Shown piece by piece: positions 61,470-64,000 of a stretch of 64,000 nucleotides of DNA (position 1 is its first letter; the number at the start of each line of letters is the position of its first letter). The translations under genes and the position numbers were made by a program. The notes beneath the pieces were generated by a model that was not told the origin of the DNA, did no database searches, and was given only the letters and a program-made list of their open reading frames with translations. This DNA comes from Malacoraja senta (taxonomy: Eukaryota). The stretch lies in contig CM075990.1 of assembly GCA_038087875.1 (NCBI GenBank), positions 6,388,001 through 6,452,000 of the forward strand, given 5' to 3'.

Positions 61470-62404
61470 ACCCATTTCTTCTCTCCAGAGATGCAGCCTG
61501 TCTCGCTGAGTTCCTCCAGTATTTTGTGTCTATCTTCGGCTTGCTTTAAAGTAGCTCGCTTGTCAACGCCAACCCTAGTGGAGCGAGTGCATCATCTCCG
61601 CTTCACTCACAGCGCAGCGCCCAAACACACCTTCCATCGGCAGCATTTCCACTCATCTCCCAAGGCACCGCGCCAGCCCTCAGCTTTGCCCCTTTCCTTG
61701 ATTTTCCCGAGTGTTTTAATCTCAGGGTGACCGGGATACGGCGTTAGGAGGTTGCTCGATATATTCGCTCCCTAAGGAGGGGTATCATGTTATCCTACTG
61801 TGCTCTAGCGCCTCTTATACACCAGGATAGTCAGGAAACAAGTATAGCCAACTGCTTGGGAGTTGACTGACTGAAAACTTAGCAATAAAGCCTCAACAAT
61901 AAAGAAAACTGCTTAATTTATTTGATTTCCATATTGGGCAACGCTGCCTTTGTTGCTTTAATTACATTGAGTTGTTCAAACTTGCAAATGGTGTTAGAAA
62001 TATCCCAAAGGTCTCCGCGAATAGTTTTATGTTTCAGAACTTAATCCCCCAGTCAGGTTTTCTGCCCCGTCTCAGCCTCCAGCTCCTTCATCTGGCGCCT
62101 ATCTCGCATCTCCTAGCTCAATCGCTTGTTTGCCTTGGCTGTATCGACGCTTCCCTGGCTAATTGCTGTTTTAATTCAAGCCCTTGAAGATTCGCTTCCC
62201 CGGAGGGTTGAAGACCCGAAGCCAAAGCTTTTATGACGCGTGGACAGAATTGGCAACAATTTAAGAATTCGCTTACCGTTGCCCAATGCTCCCTGATATG
62301 TGGATTTGTGTCTGTTACTCAAGATTATTGCCCTGTCGTCTAAATTGGAGAATATCTGTTAGAATTAAATTTCCAATAAAACTTTAACACTTTTTCCCCC
62401 AAGT

Positions 62405-62770
62405 CATGGAGTAATAGGAGTAATACAGTAAGGAAACAGGCCCTTCAGCCCAACTTGCCCACACTGCCCAACATGCCCCATCTACACTAGTCCCACCTGC
62501 CCATATCCATCCAAACATGTCCTATCCATGTCCCTGGCTAATTGTTTCTTAAGCGTTGCAATGGTCCCTACCTCAAATACCTCTTCTGACAGCACCTTCC
62601 ACACATCCACCACCCTTTGTGTGTAACAGTCACCCCCAGATTCATATTAAATCTTTCCCCCTTCACCTTCACCTATGTCCTCTGGTTCTTGAATCCCCTA
62701 CTCTGGGCAAGAGACTCTGTGTGTCTACCTGAACTATTCCTCTCATGATTTTATACACCTCCACAAGATC
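62405..62770 (-). mobile_element. Degenerate CR1 3' fragment
   Basis: GGAAACAGGCCCTTCAGCCC..CACCACCCTTTGTGTG..CCTCTCATGATTTTATACACCTC, reverse complement of the CR1 end. Confidence 0.72.
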
Positions 62771-64000
62771 AAATGTATGAAGAAAAAATGTTTCCCTCCA
62801 AGCAGCTATTTGAGCCTTTAATTGGACAGTTCATGCGAATGACAAAACAGTATATTTTGTAGTGATAGTTTGTTGGGTGATTTACCAGAGATGTTTGATC
62901 TTTGACTGGAGGGTTAACTGCATGAGAGTTGTCTTGGAGAATCCATCTCATGTATCAGGCCAGAGCCTCAGAACACAAAATACATCCCATTGCGCACTGG
63001 ATTGAGAAATGCAGTTAAAACATTGGAGTATTCATTATTATTATGCTTGGCTGCTGCACACTGGGGAGGTAAACGCATTGGTGTTTTTGCTAATGGAGTC
63101 ACCAGGAACTGCAGATGCTGGAATCTAGAGCCAAAAAAATACAAAGTGATGGAGGGACTCAGAGGGTCCAGCGACATCGGTGGAGGGAATGGACAGACGA
63201 TATTTCCATCTGAGACACGAATTGCGATCAGTCTGATGAAACAACCCGAAATGTCGTCTGTGCATTTCCTCCACAGATGCTGCCTGACCTATTGAGTTCC
63301 TCCAGCACTTTGTGTTTTGCTTAGTGTATTTCTTAAGAACACTTTCACAAATAATTCTGTGAATTGTTTTATTAGTTCCCTTCCCAACAACAATTGAACA
63401 CTCTGAACTCCAACTAAATTCTGAACTGCAAACTGTCTGCGTTGCACTAGGGACTTTGGCCTTTGTTTTGTTTTGCACTATATTGGGTTTTTAAATGTCT
63501 TGAACTTAGCTTTTTTCATTTGTTTATTATATTATCTATTGAGTACGGTGTTTACAAACCTGTTATGCTGCTGGAAGTAAGATTTACATTTTTCCATTTC
63601 ATGACATATGACATATAACATAAGGCTGTTGATGGTCGATGTTGTCTTGAAAGGACATGAAATGTAAACTTTTCTTCTTCCTGCACAGTTGCTGCCTGAC
63701 CTGTTGGGCATTTCCAGCATATATTCTTTCACTTTGGACTTCAGGAAATATTTGTCTGGATTAGGATTCTTTCACCTTTTTTATGACTTCCTCGAGCGTA
63801 TCACAACCCACAGCCTCTCAGTCTGTAATGACTGCGGCCAATTTCTGAATCCAAAACCACATAAAGGTAAGCACTTTACCAGTAGAGATGGAACCAGGGC
63901 GTCACAAATAACATACACCAATGACTGACCTGACTTTCAAGTTTCTGTTCAAGACCATAACTCTCTAGATTACCATTAGATATCTTTTGGGTATTGGATT

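Overview
Vertebrate nuclear DNA, not prokaryotic. The repeat landscape (HE1-type V-SINEs, CR1 LINEs, abundant Penelope-derived ends) points to a cartilaginous fish, most likely a skate or ray; this is an inference. The window holds the conserved four-gene block ZNF488(+) / RBP3(-) / GDF2(-) / GDF10(-), the gene set found at human 10q11.22. GDF2 (2 exons, 423 aa) and GDF10 (3 exons, 448 aa) splice cleanly. The ZNF488 orthologue keeps a PRDM8-like PR/SET exon; its first coding exon lies upstream of the window. RBP3/IRBP is a four-module gene but looks damaged in this assembly. A 105-nt G/T-only tract replaces part of module 1, module 3 has a +1 homopolymer frameshift, and exon 3 runs into a 200-N gap that must also hide exon 4. 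Internal evidence favours assembly artefacts over true gene loss. Main non-genic signals: (1) roughly 25 intact-to-degenerate copies of a minimal hammerhead-ribozyme-like core carried by Penelope-derived terminal repeats, often as inverted pairs; (2) a full-length Passport-like DD34E Tc1 transposon with only two visible inactivating point changes, 184 nt behind the GDF2 stop; (3) a bipartite RTE-derived element with a structured 5' end; (4) an L1-like insertion with a 14-bp TSD; (5) a near-perfect 74-nt hairpin; (6) a 27/54/108-bp higher-order minisatellite. Exon and TIR/TSD coordinates were counted by hand; most repeat boundaries are approximate. No CRISPR array, rRNA or true tRNA gene was seen.
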